Below are positions 1-12,699 of a DNA stretch of 64,000 nt, in pieces (position 1 is the first letter of the stretch; every line of letters begins with the position of its first letter). Made by a program: the position numbers and the translations under genes. Source of the DNA: Moniliella sp. 'wahieum' (taxonomy: Eukaryota); contig RSEE01000033.1 of assembly GCA_003971905.1 (NCBI GenBank), positions 62,001 to 126,000 on the forward strand, in the 5' to 3' direction. A model generated the notes under the pieces. It searched no databases and was not told where the DNA came from. It saw only the letters and a list, made by a program, of their open reading frames with translations.

Positions 1-645
1 GACGAATCGGACAGCTGTCCCCTCAGCTACAGCCTTACTTGGATTCCGGCCATGCCGCCAGGTGAAGCCATTGACATGACCACTTCCCTCCTCCATGGAG
101 GCGATCAGGCCTTGTTTGGGTATCCAACGTGCCAAAAAGTCATGCCTCCACCACTCCCGTACTTTATCGCAAACCCTACCACCAGCCATGCTCCTCTGCT
201 GCTCTTTAATGATCGCATATTTTATTCGTGTAATCCCCTAGGAGACCACTCTCTCCCCCCTCCCCCCACCCCCCCGCGCATCGTCTGGATTTAGAGGTAA
301 TATTTTCCTCCCTCCCGCTCAACCTTGTTTGTCTTGTTTCGTTTTTGTATCCTTGGGTCAACCTGTCACGAATCTGTCATCGCCTATGCATCCGTCTTGC
401 TCTCAAAAACGCCACTCTATGAAGTCAATATGGTCAGGGTCACATAGTAGTGCTACATGCCGTTGAGCCACTGTCGTCGGAGGTTTTTTTGATGCCACTG
501 TCTCTTAATGGCAAACGAGACGGCTATTCATCCAAGTAACCAAGGCAAGAAGTGCAAAAGATACGCGGAGCGGGGACGGAAGAACGACGACTATAGGAGA
601 TGATACCGATGGAAGGAAGTTATCGATTACAACCAAGAGGAATAC

Positions 646-2343
646 TCACTGCATATCAGACAAAGATGGACAACGAGCAATAGATTGGAACAAGCCAAAA
701 AAGGATCTAGGGGAGCACCGTATCGTCCGTGCTTCGGGCGGGGGTTGGGCCCAGGTTTCGCCGTCGATCCCGTGGGCCTGGACTGCAGCTCGGACTTGTC
801 GCTCGGGTGTGAAGGACAAGCGCGCGGGCGAGGTAGCCAGCCTGGACCTGCTTGGGCAGAGGCGGGAAGGGCAGCAACCCTCGGGGAACTCGTCCTGCCG
901 ACCAGCAAACAAGGTGCGGTACGCGTCGATGGCCGCGTGGACCTGTTGTACATTGGCCAAGCCGGCGAGGGTGCGAAGTGCCGGGATTCGGCCCTTGGCA
1001 ATGGGCACTCCCTCTGCCCAGCGCACCGCCGACGCGTGCGGACTGGCGTACACCTCCGAACCACGGATACCGTAGTGCAGCGCAGTTTCAGCTAGGGTCA
1101 CAGTTCCTGGGTTCCTGTGGGGTCCTGGGGGCGCGCAGGGCCGCAATGCGCGCCAAAGCATCGCTCCGGGCTTGGTGCAGCGCAGCGCTACCGGGATGCC
1201 AGGCCGGGGACCGGCCTCGGTCAAAAGACCCATACTGAAAGGCGAGGCATTCATGACCATGGGTGCGACCCACTCCTTCGGCTCGGCAGGGGCGCCAGGG
1301 AAGGACCAGGGGTTGTGTTGGAAGAGAGGAAGATAGTCAGGTAAGGTATCGGTGTGCAAGGTGTGGTGCGAGTAGCTCAAGATTGAGTCCAGTGGGCGAT
1401 AGGGAGCATTGGTGGCGATCATGCGCGAAAGCCGGAGCAAAACAGGCAGAGGGAAGCCTGAAATCCCCACCATCTTGATCTTGCCCTCGTCTTGAGGCGG
1501 AAAAGTTCTCGTACTGCTCCCAGGATCCGCTCGTCGCCTGGCCCATGCACCCGGCTTGCGCCTCCCAGGTGGGAGCCACCCGGTTGCTTCCATGATGCTC
1601 TGAGCTTGCTCTTTGTCTGCGCCAACGATGGTGGCGGAGCCCATACCTGCGTCATGGCGGGTCCGACGGAGTGGAGACGAACTCGACATCGTTGCATGAA
1701 CATTGTCTAGCCAGCCCTCAGCATCCAGACGAATCAGACTTTCTTCCACGCTTTGTCGGACCCGTTCGGGACTGTAGTCAAATTGGCTGCAGTTGGGTCC
1801 GTACCTGCCACACTTGGTCGAGATGTAGTAGGCACTGCGCGGGAACGAGGGCTTCAGGGCCCGTAGAGCACGACCCAAGATAGCCTCGGAGTTCTTGTAG
1901 TAGGGAGACACATCGAACGCGTTGATGCCGTACAGCAGGGCCAGTCGGACAGCTGAGAAGGCACTGTCAGCCGTACGTAACGCAGAGGAGGATGGGAAGG
2001 CGGGACGCACCCTTGACGGGCTCGAGACTGGCGAGCTGGTTCTCGGCCAAGTACTGGCCGGTGCCAAATGTGCCACCGCCAAAAATGAGGGGCGAAAGGC
2101 CCAGCTGGGGGGGATGCCAGCGCCGCCCTCGCTGTGAGGGTGGCGGTTGACCACAGTGGCCCACTCGGGAGCCTCGCCGGCGGCAGGGTCAGCCAAGGGG
2201 ACGTAGACCTCGCGCCAGGCCTGGACCCAGGGGGCAGCCGCACTCTGTTGGGCCACGCCATGGCCCCACTTGGGCCGGTCGTCTGGCAAGTCCTCGAGAC
2301 GGGGCAGTGGGCCCCACGAGAGCGGGTCCACGTTGTGGGCCAT
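646..2343 (-). CDS. Aldo-keto reductase, D-arabinose/L-galactose dehydrogenase-like; frameshifted, 3' end approximate
   Basis: Motifs across frames: LSPLIFGGGTF, GINAFDVSPYYKNSEAILGRAL, YYISTKCGRYG, FDYSPERVRQSVEESL, GKIKMVGISGFPL, DSILSYSH, MNASPFSMGLLT. ATG at 2343 (MAHNVDPLSW). Confidence 0.85.
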   Translation of the reverse strand: MAHNVDPLSWGPLPRLEDLPDDRPKWGHGVAQQSAAAPWVQAWREVYVPLADPAAGEAPEWATVVNRHPHSEGGAGIPPSWAFRPSFLAVAHLAPASTWPRTSSPVSSPSRVRPAFPSSSALRTADSAFSAVRLALLYGINAFDVSPYYKNSEAILGRALRALKPSFPRSAYYISTKCGRYGPNCSQFDYSPERVRQSVEESLIRLDAEGWLDNVHATMSSSSPLRRTRHDAGMGSATIVGADKEQAQSIMEATGWLPPGRRKPGAWARRRADPGSSTRTFPPQDEGKIKMVGISGFPLPVLLRLSRMIATNAPYRPLDSILSYSHHTLHTDTLPDYLPLFQHNPWSFPGAPAEPKEWVAPMVMNASPFSMGLLTEAGPRPGIPVALRCTKPGAMLWRALRPCAPPGPHRNPGTVTLAETALHYGIRGSEVYASPHASAVRWAEGVPIAKGRIPALRTLAGLANVQQVHAAIDAYRTLFAGRQDEFPEGCCPSRLCPSRSRLATSPARLSFTPERQVRAAVQAHGIDGETWAQPPPEARTIRCSPRSFFGLFQSIARCPSLSDMQ

Positions 2344-3060
2344 CGTGTCGGCAGGTGGGAGGGGCGCGGCAGAAGATGCGAACCGGAGTGACCGGCGTTC
2401 GGAGGTGGCTGGGCTGACCCAAATTCCACCCACCAGGCCTGCGACTCCATCCCCGCCTCCCGAGCAGGCGGAATTTCAATTGAACATGGGCAGCCACTAG
2501 TCACAGGGTTACTTCAGCGCCTATGAGCCCGTCTGCCCCCGTCGGTTCGTGCGGGACCGCGGGACCTCAGGCCTGTAGCTAACAACCTGCCCTCAGTGTC
2601 CACCAAGACTTGCACACTCGCCCACCTCTTCCTCCAGCCCATGCCTGCTCTCCTATCCTGAAGCGGAAAAATGCTCAACATGAGAGACGAGAGAGTGGTA
2701 CGAAGAGACCGGGAACACAAGTTGTCCCGGCGTATGGCATTGGGGATGGTCGATGGGCAGAGCGGGTGACCTGCAAACCAGGCTGGCAGCCTCCGCCTGC
2801 ACGAGCATCGATGCCTCGACCGTTACCTTGGACTCGCCCTACTGCAACCCGACCTTGCTGGCACGATGATGTCGAAACGACTGGAGGCATACGCATGTTG
2901 ATATCGGCGACCCACACAGTATGCCGGTCTCAGTCCCACCAGTAGTGGGAGAACGCTAGAGGGACATAATACGGCGAAGGACAGCAGGTGGGTGGTGGGA
3001 TAGGACGACTAACCAGCAACAAGACCATCGACTAAGGAAGCAATGTCCAAGCCCGCATTG

Positions 3061-3095
3061 CCGGTTGCCGGTTGCCGGTTGCCGGTTGCCGGTTG
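3061..3095. repeat. (CCGGTTG)x5 heptamer tandem repeat
   Basis: Read directly from the sequence. Confidence 0.95.
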
Positions 3096-3618
3096 GCAGT
3101 TGCCAATTACCGGCTACCGGCTACGGGCACCCGCCACGCGCTCCGTAGGCCGTACTCTTAAAAAAGGCAGGTGTGTGATGATGTGATTCCCACTCTGCAG
3201 GGGGGCTGCTCCACGCTGCTGCCGCTGCGCCTGCTGCTCCACGCGCCAGTCTACGCGCACGCTCCTTGGCTTGCCATTCCACGTTGTAAGCCGCCCCCGC
3301 ACCGCGCAAGTGCGGCTCGGCGCTGACCTAATCCGCGCTTCCTTCTGCCCCCCGCGGCGCTGTCTGGCTGTCTGGCCAGGGCGCCGCTCACCGATCCCCT
3401 CGTCCATCATGCATCATGCATCGCCACTCAGTCTGAGTACTCAAGCGCCAAGTCGGGAGCCTCCGGCAGGCGGCGCTGGGTGATGCATGATGCCTGCTTG
3501 GAGCGCGTTGCCCATTGCCCATTGCCCATTGCCCACCACCTCTTCGCCTCTTCCTCCTCGCCCCTCGCCCCCCGCCCCTTCCCCCCCCTCCTCGTGCCGT
3601 TTCCAACACAGCGGCCCC

Positions 3619-3968
3619 ATGTCGGCTCTCCCACGCAATCAGAATGTGGCCGAGATGAAGCTCCGTCGTCTGACCGAGAACAATGCGCGGCTGCAAGAGG
3701 ACCTGAGCCGGCGCAGGATCAAGGTGTCGGACGCCAGTGCATCGTGCGTCGTCCTCCCCCCTCTTGCTTTGTTTGGTCCTGTCCCTGTCCTGACCGGTGA
3801 CCCCCCATGGTCCATGGCCAACCCTTGCACCCGCGTCCGCAGGCTGATCGAGTACTGCCAAGAGACACATGACCCGCTGGTTCCCTCGGTATGGGCTTGC
3901 CCGATAAGAAGGATGACCCGTACGCGCCGCAGCAGGCCGCGGCCATGTGCGAGTGCACGGTCATGTAA
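3619..3968 (+). CDS. Heterotrimeric G-protein gamma subunit (Ste18/Gpg1-like)
   Basis: [42 protein letters not shown], intron 3744-3842 (GTGCGT..CAG), [17 protein letters not shown]; after a 1-nt shift [22 protein letters not shown] with a CaaX box and an upstream Cys. Confidence 0.92.
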
Positions 3969-4699
3969 CGGGTGCCGATGGTTTCTGTGCGCAGGAGGTT
4001 GCCCCAAAAGCCCGTTCTTTTTCCCTAGCCGATGCAAGATATGCCTTCGATACCACCTTGCATCTCTTGCCCTCTCTTACCTCCGTCTTGCTCTGTGCAC
4101 ACTATACTATACCTCCCCGTGCTTGCCCCGTGCCCCATGTTTAGAAATGGAGTGGCAGCGCCTGCCTGCCTGCTGGTCGTGGTCATATCCAGGTCGACCT
4201 TCTATGGTAGCCGTTGGCAGATTTGGATTCGCCAGCGTCTGTGCCTCGGTAGCTCGTTTGGGCGCGCAGTCTTGCTCTCCTGTTACATGTTAGCCACGCC
4301 CAGAGCACCCTACAGAAAGGGAGGCCAGCGACAAGGGCGGCGTGTCCATGGAGGCCGGAGGGGGCGGAACCTGGACGCCGGCTGCCCCCCCTCGCCCGCA
4401 GATCCGCATTTTAATTTGGGATGGGCCGGTGACTAGTAAAGCTAGTAACTAGTGACGAGTGATGAGCTAGTGATGGGCGCTGCTTGGCGTGCCCTGGCGC
4501 TGTGCCTGGCCGCTGCTGTGCGGTGCCGTGCGGTGCCGTGCTGGGCGTCGCCAGTCTCGCCACCGGCTGCGCAGCCCGTTGCCATCGCCACCATCCCTTG
4601 ACCTCGACGCAGCAGGCGCAGCGTGCGATGGACTACTAGCTCCCATTCGCATTCACTTCTCTACTGCTCCTTCCATCGTACCGTACTTGTGCGCTCGCC

Positions 4700-5240
4700 A
4701 TGGACTTTTTCTCCGACTACGCGCCTCTTGTCTGGTTGAGTGCCGCGCTGGCACTTGTCTTTGGTACGCATCCGCCCCTCTTTCCGCCCTGGCGCAGGGG
4801 CCACCTTGGCTGACCGTGAGCTGGCGCGGGGCGCAGTGGTGATCAAGTACCGCTTTACCATTGGCGCCCATCTGCCTCCCCAGGTACGCGACGGGATCAA
4901 CCAGGTGTACTGGGCTGTGACGGATCGGCGGAGTGGCTATACCCGCGCGCCTACCCTGCCCGGTCCGGGCGGGGATGCGTTAACGTGGGACGAAGCGCGC
5001 CGGGGCGGGCTGACGTCCGACCTGTTTGATGTCGATCTGCACAATGCCGGGGACAGCCGGGTAGGCCTCGAGGGTGACGGCGCACGGCGCATCGAGCATC
5101 TGATGAGTTCCCAGGGCCTGTCCTTTGATCAAGCCCGCCTCCGCCTGCACCAAGAGCGCTTGCGCAGCAATGGGATTGATCCCCAGACGGGACTGCCGCT
5201 GGACAAGAAGGCGGTTTTGTCGCTGGCTTCGCGGCGATAA
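4700..5240 (+). CDS. DUF2015/UPF0357-family small fungal membrane protein
   Basis: Hydrophobic N-terminus MDFFSDYAPLVWLSAALALVF, intron 4764-4836 (GTACGC..CTGAC..CAG), then GLTSDLFDV..GDSRVGLE..LSFDQARL..NGIDPQTGLPLDKKA. Confidence 0.8.
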
Positions 5241-5424
5241 GCGATGAATGCGATGGTGGTGGTGCGTGTTTGCGTCAATGTAGACTGTTGGGGGCCTGCA
5301 CGTGGTATCGATTGGTCTCGGGGGGATAGGAGGGGGGGGGACAGGATAAGGTGCTCCAAACAATTGTTCACAATGACCAAAGGGAGAGAGAAGAAAAGGG
5401 GAAGGAAGGGGAAGAAAGAAAAGA

Positions 5425-6049
5425 TTAGCTTGAGCCCAATTGGGCAGCAAGCCAGTCCAAGCCATCCAGGACACCCGTGCCGGTGGTAGCGGAAGAGGGT
5501 TGGATGTGACAGGAAACGGGCAGGGTGGGAAGGGCGAGGGCAGAGGAGACCTCGGCGGGCGTCAGCGCGGCCGGTACATCCTGCTTGTTGGCAAATACGA
5601 GCACTGGTACACCTGCCCCTACATCGTCCGAGACGAGGTGGTGAAGCTCTTCTCGCGCCAGTCCCATCCTAGCCTGGTCAGTGGCATCGACGACAAAGAC
5701 GGCGCTTGCGCCAGCCAAGTAGGCGCCCCACGACGCGCGCAGCGATGTCTGGCCACCAACATCAAACAGGGTGAAGCGCGTGCCCTTGTACTCAAAATCC
5801 TCCACCTGCGACCCAATCGTGGGGGCCGTAGCTACGACCTGGCCCAACGTCATGCGGTACATGAGCGTCGTCTTGCCGGCATTGTCCAAGCCAAGGATGC
5901 AGACTGCGGGGGCGGGGGGGGGGGAGGTCAGCTGGGCAGAGCGAGCAGAGATGGGGCAGAGGACGCGGCGGATTGCGTGTTGAGTGGCGTACCCTTGAGA
6001 TCCTTCCTCCCAAATAAGGAGCTCCAGAGGGTGAGAGCGCAACACCCAT
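5425..6049 (-). CDS. ARF-like small GTPase, ARL5-like
   Basis: MGVALS start at 6049 with Gly2, intron after ..FGRKDLK, then GLDNAGKTT, PTIGSQVE, DVGGQTSLRASW, FANKQD, SATTGTG. Confidence 0.85.
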
Positions 6050-7299
6050 CGCGGTAGGGAGACGCTGCGGAGGTTCAGAGGTCGATCGACGGGCTTGCGC
6101 TGCGGCGTCTGCCGAGTGAGCTCACCCACCTGCTGCGGCCCGTCGCGCAGGCATGCGCGCTGCAGCAGCTAGGGCGCCACGTGCAGCTTAGGTAATCCGC
6201 TCGGGGGCGGCATAAGCCTAAGGCATGGGCGATGGGGTAGTTGGCGGTTACGTTATACAAACGCAGGCAGCTTCCACGTTGGTCCCCAATGGATGCCGGT
6301 ATGCCTACCCACCCTGGCGCCCCTCCCTCCCTCGGCCCATCGGCATATCCACATGCCACCACGGATGGATGCATCGAGGTTCGGTTAGCTCACCTCCGTT
6401 ACGTTACTCCCACGCCGCCTGCGCAGGTATCTACCTACCGCGGGAAATGCAACATAGGCCTGCGGCTGGGAGCAGCGCATGCCTGGGCGAAGTGAGAAGA
6501 ATTGGCGTGGTGCGTGCGATGCTGTTCGATCATGCGGGACATTGGACATGGGGGCATGGCCTGCTGAGCTCAGCGGCTCAGCCGAACATACTGACCAGAC
6601 AAGGACGGGGAAGCGGGAGAAGATGCAGAGGACGAGGACAAAAACGATGGCATCCCGCACCCCTGCCAGCACAGCAGCACGTGTCGGGGAGTGGGGGCTG
6701 TCGCGGGTGCGGACGAGGGGAAGCTGAATGTGGCGGGACGTGCCAGAAGCGGGCTTGGCGCGCTTGCTGGCTGCAGATCGAGAAGGCAGGCAAGCGACGG
6801 CGGCGGCTGCCGACTGGTGACATGCTGCATGCGACATGGGATCGGAGCGTCCAACACAAGCAGCTGCGGCAGTACCGCAGTATGGCCGCACCCAGCACCA
6901 TGCAGCCTGCTGCGGCCGCCTGCTGCAACGACGCGCCACGATGCACACTGCCCCCCGACAGCGGCACGGGGTCGGCCCCCCCCACCGTCCCCGCTGGGCC
7001 CGCACTGGCGCTGTGGCACCGCTGGCGAAGCGCTAATTTACACATTCGCAACAGGATCGGCGCTCGCCACCCCACACACTCGCGCCGTGCAGCGCCCCTG
7101 TCGAAGGCTCCCCGTGTGCTGCGGCACAGCACGTACCCACCTGTCTGGGCAGGTGCCACAGCTCGTTTTCTCGCGCTGCTATAATAGCCTCGCACTCGCT
7201 CCCCACCCGCGCTTCCTGCGCCGCCACCACCACTCGTTCTTCTTCCCCCCGCCGTTGTGCCCCACCCCGCTCCTTTGCCCCCCCCCCCCCGCCACCGCC

Positions 7300-8375
7300 A
7301 TGGCCAGCAAGGAATACACGTCGGTCGCCGTCGAGGACAAGACGGCCTCCATGCCGTCTACCGTCCCGCCCCCCCACGTCGACGCGCGCAGCTTGCCCGG
7401 CGGTGCCCCTAAGGCACCCGAGCGCAAGCTGCCCCCCGCCCTTGCCATCTCTTTCTGGATCCTCTCGTCCATGTCGGTCATCATCTACAATGCGTGCGTG
7501 CTTCCCTCTCCCCCCTCCCGCCTTCTCTGGCTCACCCCCTTCTGCTTTCGACAGCTACATCCTCAAGAGCGACGGCCTCAACTTCCAGTATCCCATCTTC
7601 CTTACCACCTTCCACATGGCCTTTGCTTCGATCGGCACCCGCCTCCTTGCCCGCTACACGCATCTCATGGATGGCCTGCACAATGTCGACATGACCCGCG
7701 AACGCTGGATCCGGAACATCCTCCCCATCGGTGCTCTCTTTGCTGCCTCGCTCATCTTTAGCAACTACGCCTACCTCTACCTGAGCGTGGCCTACATCCA
7801 GATGGTCAAGGCCTTCACTCCGGTCGCGGTGCTTCTCATGTCGATCGCCTTTGGTCTCAAAGCGGCCAACGCGACGCAGTTGCTGATTGTGTTTGGCATT
7901 TCGTGTGGCGTTGCGATTGCCTCGTATGGCGAGGCCAAGTTTAACATGTTTGGCTTTATCCTCCAGGCCATCGCCATCCTGTTTGAGTCCGCGTCTTGTC
8001 ATGATCCAGGTCCTGCTCCAAGGCCTGAAGATGGACCCGCTCGTTTCAGTGTACTACTTTGCTCCCGTGTGCGCCGGCATGCTGGCCGTCGTGCTTCCCT
8101 TTGTTGAAGGCTGGGCTCCGTTCAGCCACCTGGGCGAGGTGGGAGCCGGTGTGCTGCTCAGCAACGCCTCGTGTGCCTTTGCGCTCAACTTGGCCCTTGT
8201 CTTCCTCATTGGCGCTGCCTCCTCGCTCGTGCTCACCCTGGCCGGGGTGGTGAAAGACATCCTGCTCATTGTCGGCTCCATGGTCATCCTCGGCTCGGTC
8301 GTCACCTCGCTGCAATGCCTCGGATACGGGATTGCGTTGGCGGGCTTGGTTGCGTTTAAGCTGTACAAAGCGTAA
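7300..8375 (+). CDS. Triose-phosphate/nucleotide-sugar transporter (TPT family)
   Basis: SMSVIIYN, intron 7494-7554, FQYPIFLTTFHM, SNYAYLYLSVAYIQMVKAFTPV, LVMIQVLLQGLKMDPLVSVYYFAP, SLVLTLAGVVKDILL; one frameshift near 7990. Confidence 0.9.
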
Positions 8376-9163
8376 CCTCTCCCCCATTCTCCCATCGTCT
8401 CCCTCTGCCCCGATTCTCTGGATACATACTGTACACCCTTCCTTCCCCTCTGCCCTGCATCAGTCCACCACAACTGATTTGTACTTACATACTCCCTTGC
8501 CCCATGCGCTCAGTGCGCGCACCACATACGTGGCAAGAGCAACACATCTGCACTGCCTCTTCGGTTACATATTACAGGCGATCGTCGAGCTGGTTCATAC
8601 GCTTTCTTTCGCCGCGCTCCCACCACGTTTCCCCTCCACTGCTGCGCGCCATGCTCGAGCCACTAGTCCTGGGCCTGAACTGGCGTCCCCCATCCTCGAC
8701 GTAGCATCAGATCTCCCATTCAGATGAGCGCGCGTGAGTGCAAGAGCGAGCTGCCCAGCTTCCACTGAGCTTGCGCCTCGATCGCTGATCGATGATCCAC
8801 CAACTGCACCACACGCACTCTTCTCCCCCCTCCATACAGCCACCATCCACCACAGTTTGATGGCGGGCCTGCATCACGTCCCGCGTCCCATGTCCCAGAT
8901 GTTACATGTTACAATTAGTCACGGGTGACGCCTTGATGTTGTTCTGAGACGTACAGTGGGCCAGTCAGCCGCCCCAAAGCATAGGGTCAAAAGCTGAACC
9001 TGTGCCTTCTCCTGTTCTTCCGGGGGCGTGCAAGTACTAAGTAGCCTTCAGGATCAGCTTGTTTGAACTCGGAGTGTTTTGGCGCTACGAGGGTGGCTTT
9101 CCGGCTTTCCGTACCGCCGACAAAAAAGGGTGTGGAGCACTCAGTACTCACGACTCACATGTC

Positions 9164-9232
9164 ACAGGTACAGGTACAGGTACAGGTACGGTACAGGTAC
9201 AGGTACAGGTACAGGTACAGGTACAGCAGGTA
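9164..9232. repeat. (ACAGGT)n microsatellite
   Basis: About 11 near-perfect hexamer units. Confidence 0.95.
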
Positions 9233-9699
9233 CCGCTTACCGGAACCTTGTTGCCCTGTCCGACTGTCTGATCATTAATCATTGAAACCGTGCGATCGAT
9301 GGATCCCTTTTTGACCAAGTAACGTGCAACGTTCAACTACGAACCCGAACCGCGCACCCCACTCCGAGAGAGAACCAAGACGCGTACAATATACATGACA
9401 TGAGCCAAGCCACACAAAATGCCAAGTGCCAAGACCGAACCGAAGAGGAGACAAAATGAGGTGATGAAGGGGACGTGCCGTGCGCCGTGAGCCGTGCGCC
9501 GTGAGGGGGGGTGATACAGGAGATACAGGGGGAGCGAGCGAGTGCGGAAACGAGCGAACTGGCTTGCGAGCCGAAACGGGACAAGGGAACTTCAAATGCG
9601 AGGGGGGGGAACGCGGGACAAAAAAGGTGCGGAACGGACCGGAACAGAACGGAACGGGAACGGAAACGGGGAATGTGGAACGGGAAACAACACACGCAA

Positions 9700-11963
9700 G
9701 GTCCACCGGTCGAGCTGGAGGCCTGAGCTTCCTCGAGCATCGAGCGGGGCCAAGGCGCGTAGATTAGATAACGCGAGGCAGCGCCAGAGTCGGCAGGGTC
9801 CCGGACCAAGGTAAAGTATGGGGGGAACTCATTGGCGCTCAAGTCAAAGTAAGGATGACTGAGCGCATCTTGGACCGACAGTCGTTTGGCCGGGTCGTAC
9901 TCCAGCAGCCACGGAGGAGGTGGAGGAAACGGTAGTTGTGTCTGTGGTATGCGCCCTTGTAGGTGACCATCTGGGCGAGTTTTTTCGTGGCGCGCACGTA
10001 GCGCAGCGAGGTGCGCGGCGTCTGCGTGGTAGGAAAGTAGAGGTGCCCGTTTCGGAAATAGGCGGGTTTGGACCGTTGCGCCTGAGCACGAAACTCGGCT
10101 GGCATGGGGCCTAGCACGGCCTCCATGAGCGCCAAGTGTTCCAGGTCGTCGTGGGTTTGGAACGGGCTTCGCCCGTGTGGAACTCAATGAGATGCACCCA
10201 ATGCTCCATGCTCGCATGGGAAGGACCAGCCCATGCCCAACAGAATCTCCGGCGCGCGGTAGTGCCGTGTGGACACGACGCTCGAGTGGTACTCATCGTT
10301 AAAGGTGGCCGAGCCAAAATCAATCAGGCGAAGCGCGGTATTCTTCAAAATTTTCCACCGCTTCGAGTTGACAGCGCGGGCGGAATAGGGCTTGGTGACG
10401 AAATCCGTCTCTTCAAGCAAGACGTTCTCGGGCTTAAGGTCGGTGTGGACCAACTGGAGCGAATGCATAAACGAAACGCTCTTGAGCATTTGCTTGGCAA
10501 AACTCCAAATGTGAGTGGCAGGGAACGGATGGAACTCATTCTCCCTCATAAAGTCAAACACGATTTGGACAGCACTCGGTCACAATGCAAACGTGGTTCT
10601 GGTAGTCAAACGTCGACACGAGCTGGATGCATCGGTGTTCATTGTCCGGGTCGTTTTCGCGCAGCGTGCGCAACGCCCGAACCTCAATCTCCGACGCATC
10701 GCGGTATTTTTGCACGGCACGATCACCTTGATCGCCACGCGGGACCGGTGCGCCCGGTCAAAGCTTCGACCACCTTACCAAACGTACCCTGCCCCAGCTG
10801 AGACAGGATCTGAATCGCGGTGTAATGTTGTGCCCGGACGGACAATAAAGTGACCCTCTATGTCGTCGACAGGCAGGGCCGCCTCACGCGGGGAAAGCAC
10901 ATCAGGCGAGAACACATTCTGTCTTTTTGGTTAGCTCGTCCGTCCAGTAGGACGATAAAAGGGGTGTAACGTACCGAAGAGAATCACGCTTTCGTCCGCC
11001 ACAGAGCGCGTCTCGTGCGCCGCAACACGCGACGGTAGAGGACCGAGCAGCGTCGCCGAGCGGAGCGTGCGCGGTGCGGCTGCGAGGACGGGGGGGATGG
11101 GGGGAATGGGGGGGATGGGTAGGAGGCGGCGATGGAAGGGAGGACCGAGAGGGGGTCGGGGCGGGTGCACCATGGGCATGCACTTGATCCTGCGACATCG
11201 ACGTGCGTGCCGCCTTGTTTGTGAGTGCGCCTCGGCGTCAGGTGCACGCTTGCGCTTGGAGCTGGTGCCGACGCTCGTTTGGGACAAGGAGGAATCGCCA
11301 TCCGCGCTGCACCTACGCCTGTCGAAGCGCCCGTGCCACCGCGGTGGGACGTAGGGAAGAACGGGGCGGGATCATCGAGACCGACACGAGACCTCTTAAG
11401 CACGGGGCGGATCGTCCTCTGCATCCGCTTCCGCACACGCGTCCGTGGCTCCCAAGCACGCTCGTTTGGGACAAGGATGGACCATCTCGCCGCGCTGCGC
11501 CTACCGCCGTACGAAGCGTTCCTGGCCGACGCGGCGGGATGAGGGGAGGGGGTGGGGCGTAATCACCGAGGCGAGATCGCTTGATGACAGGGGGGGTCGT
11601 CGTCCTCAGAGCGCTTACGCACACGCGTCCGTGGCTCTCGAGCCGAGGTAAATGTAGCGGGATCATAGCGGGTGAACCGCAGGCGCGTCGAGCGCCGCAG
11701 CCCACCGGTCAACATGGGATCATGCACAATAGGTTCATACTCAAAGTCCTCGGGACCCATGGGGCGGGCGGGGGCACATTGGCATCGTCGAACCACGAGG
11801 CGAGATGGGGGTATCCGACCTCGGATGGCGCGGGAGAAGGGTGGCGATGCGCCTCGCTGTCGAGGCGAAGGGAAGAATGATCGCGGCCGTTGATGCGCTC
11901 CCGAACGCTGCGCGCAGCGTGGGAGGCAGGGGCGCGGGCACGCTGGGTGGAGGGGGTGGCCAT
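9700..11963 (-). CDS. LAMMER/CLK dual-specificity kinase (Lkh1/Kns1-like); frameshifted, ends approximate
   Basis: DDIEGHFIV, LGQGTFGKV, VAIKVI, HTDLKPEN, LIDFGSATF, VVSTRHYRAPEILLGMGWS, EHLALMEAVLG; intron 10919-10974 (GTACGT..CTAAC..CAG). Confidence 0.92.
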
Positions 11964-12699
11964 GGGAGGCAACTGGGGGGCGAGGGCCGTGGGTGGCGGC
12001 GGGGAGCTAGCGGGGCGCTGAGCCGGACTCCTCAGTGGCTGCGATGCCGATGGGGGCGGGGAGGGCGATTGGGAGGACGGTGGGGAGGACGGTGGGGAGG
12101 ACGGTGGGGAGGATGGCGGGAAGGGCGATGGGGATGGCGGTGCAGATGACGGGGGGGATGGGATGAGATGGTGATGGGGCAGAGCGGTGGCGGTGACGGT
12201 GACGGTGGCGGACAGACCAAGACAGGCGGGCCGACAGCCAGGCACCGCAGCCTCCGAGCCACAAACAGACACGCCTGCTTACCTCATCCGTCCCCTGCCC
12301 GTGCGCTTTGGAGGCTGGATGCGCTCTTTTGCCCACTCTCGCTTGAACATTTGATTTCTGCGCTATTTCATCCGCAGCAACCACACGGGGGCGCCTCAGC
12401 CATCAGCCATCCCAACGGCTCCCTATCGCTGAGTTTTCTTCTCTGCTGCCCCACACTCCACAGCAAAACGGGAGCATCTATCGTCATCGCCGGTAGCCCC
12501 GCCACAACACTCGCTACGCGCTTGCCCGTCACGGCTAAACAGGACAGAGAAAAACGCAGTCGTAACCGTGCGCAGCGAGCAAACCCCACGCGCCGTCTCA
12601 CCACAGCCTCTCCTTCAGCGTCATTAGTTATCAGCCCCACAGACGTGACTTGCCGCACGGACGCTGGCCCCGGCACCGTGAAGACAAAAACTCAAGACT

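Noticed and set aside
1..294. Possible 3' end of a gene entering from the left edge
   Set aside because: An open frame exists but has no recognisable domain.
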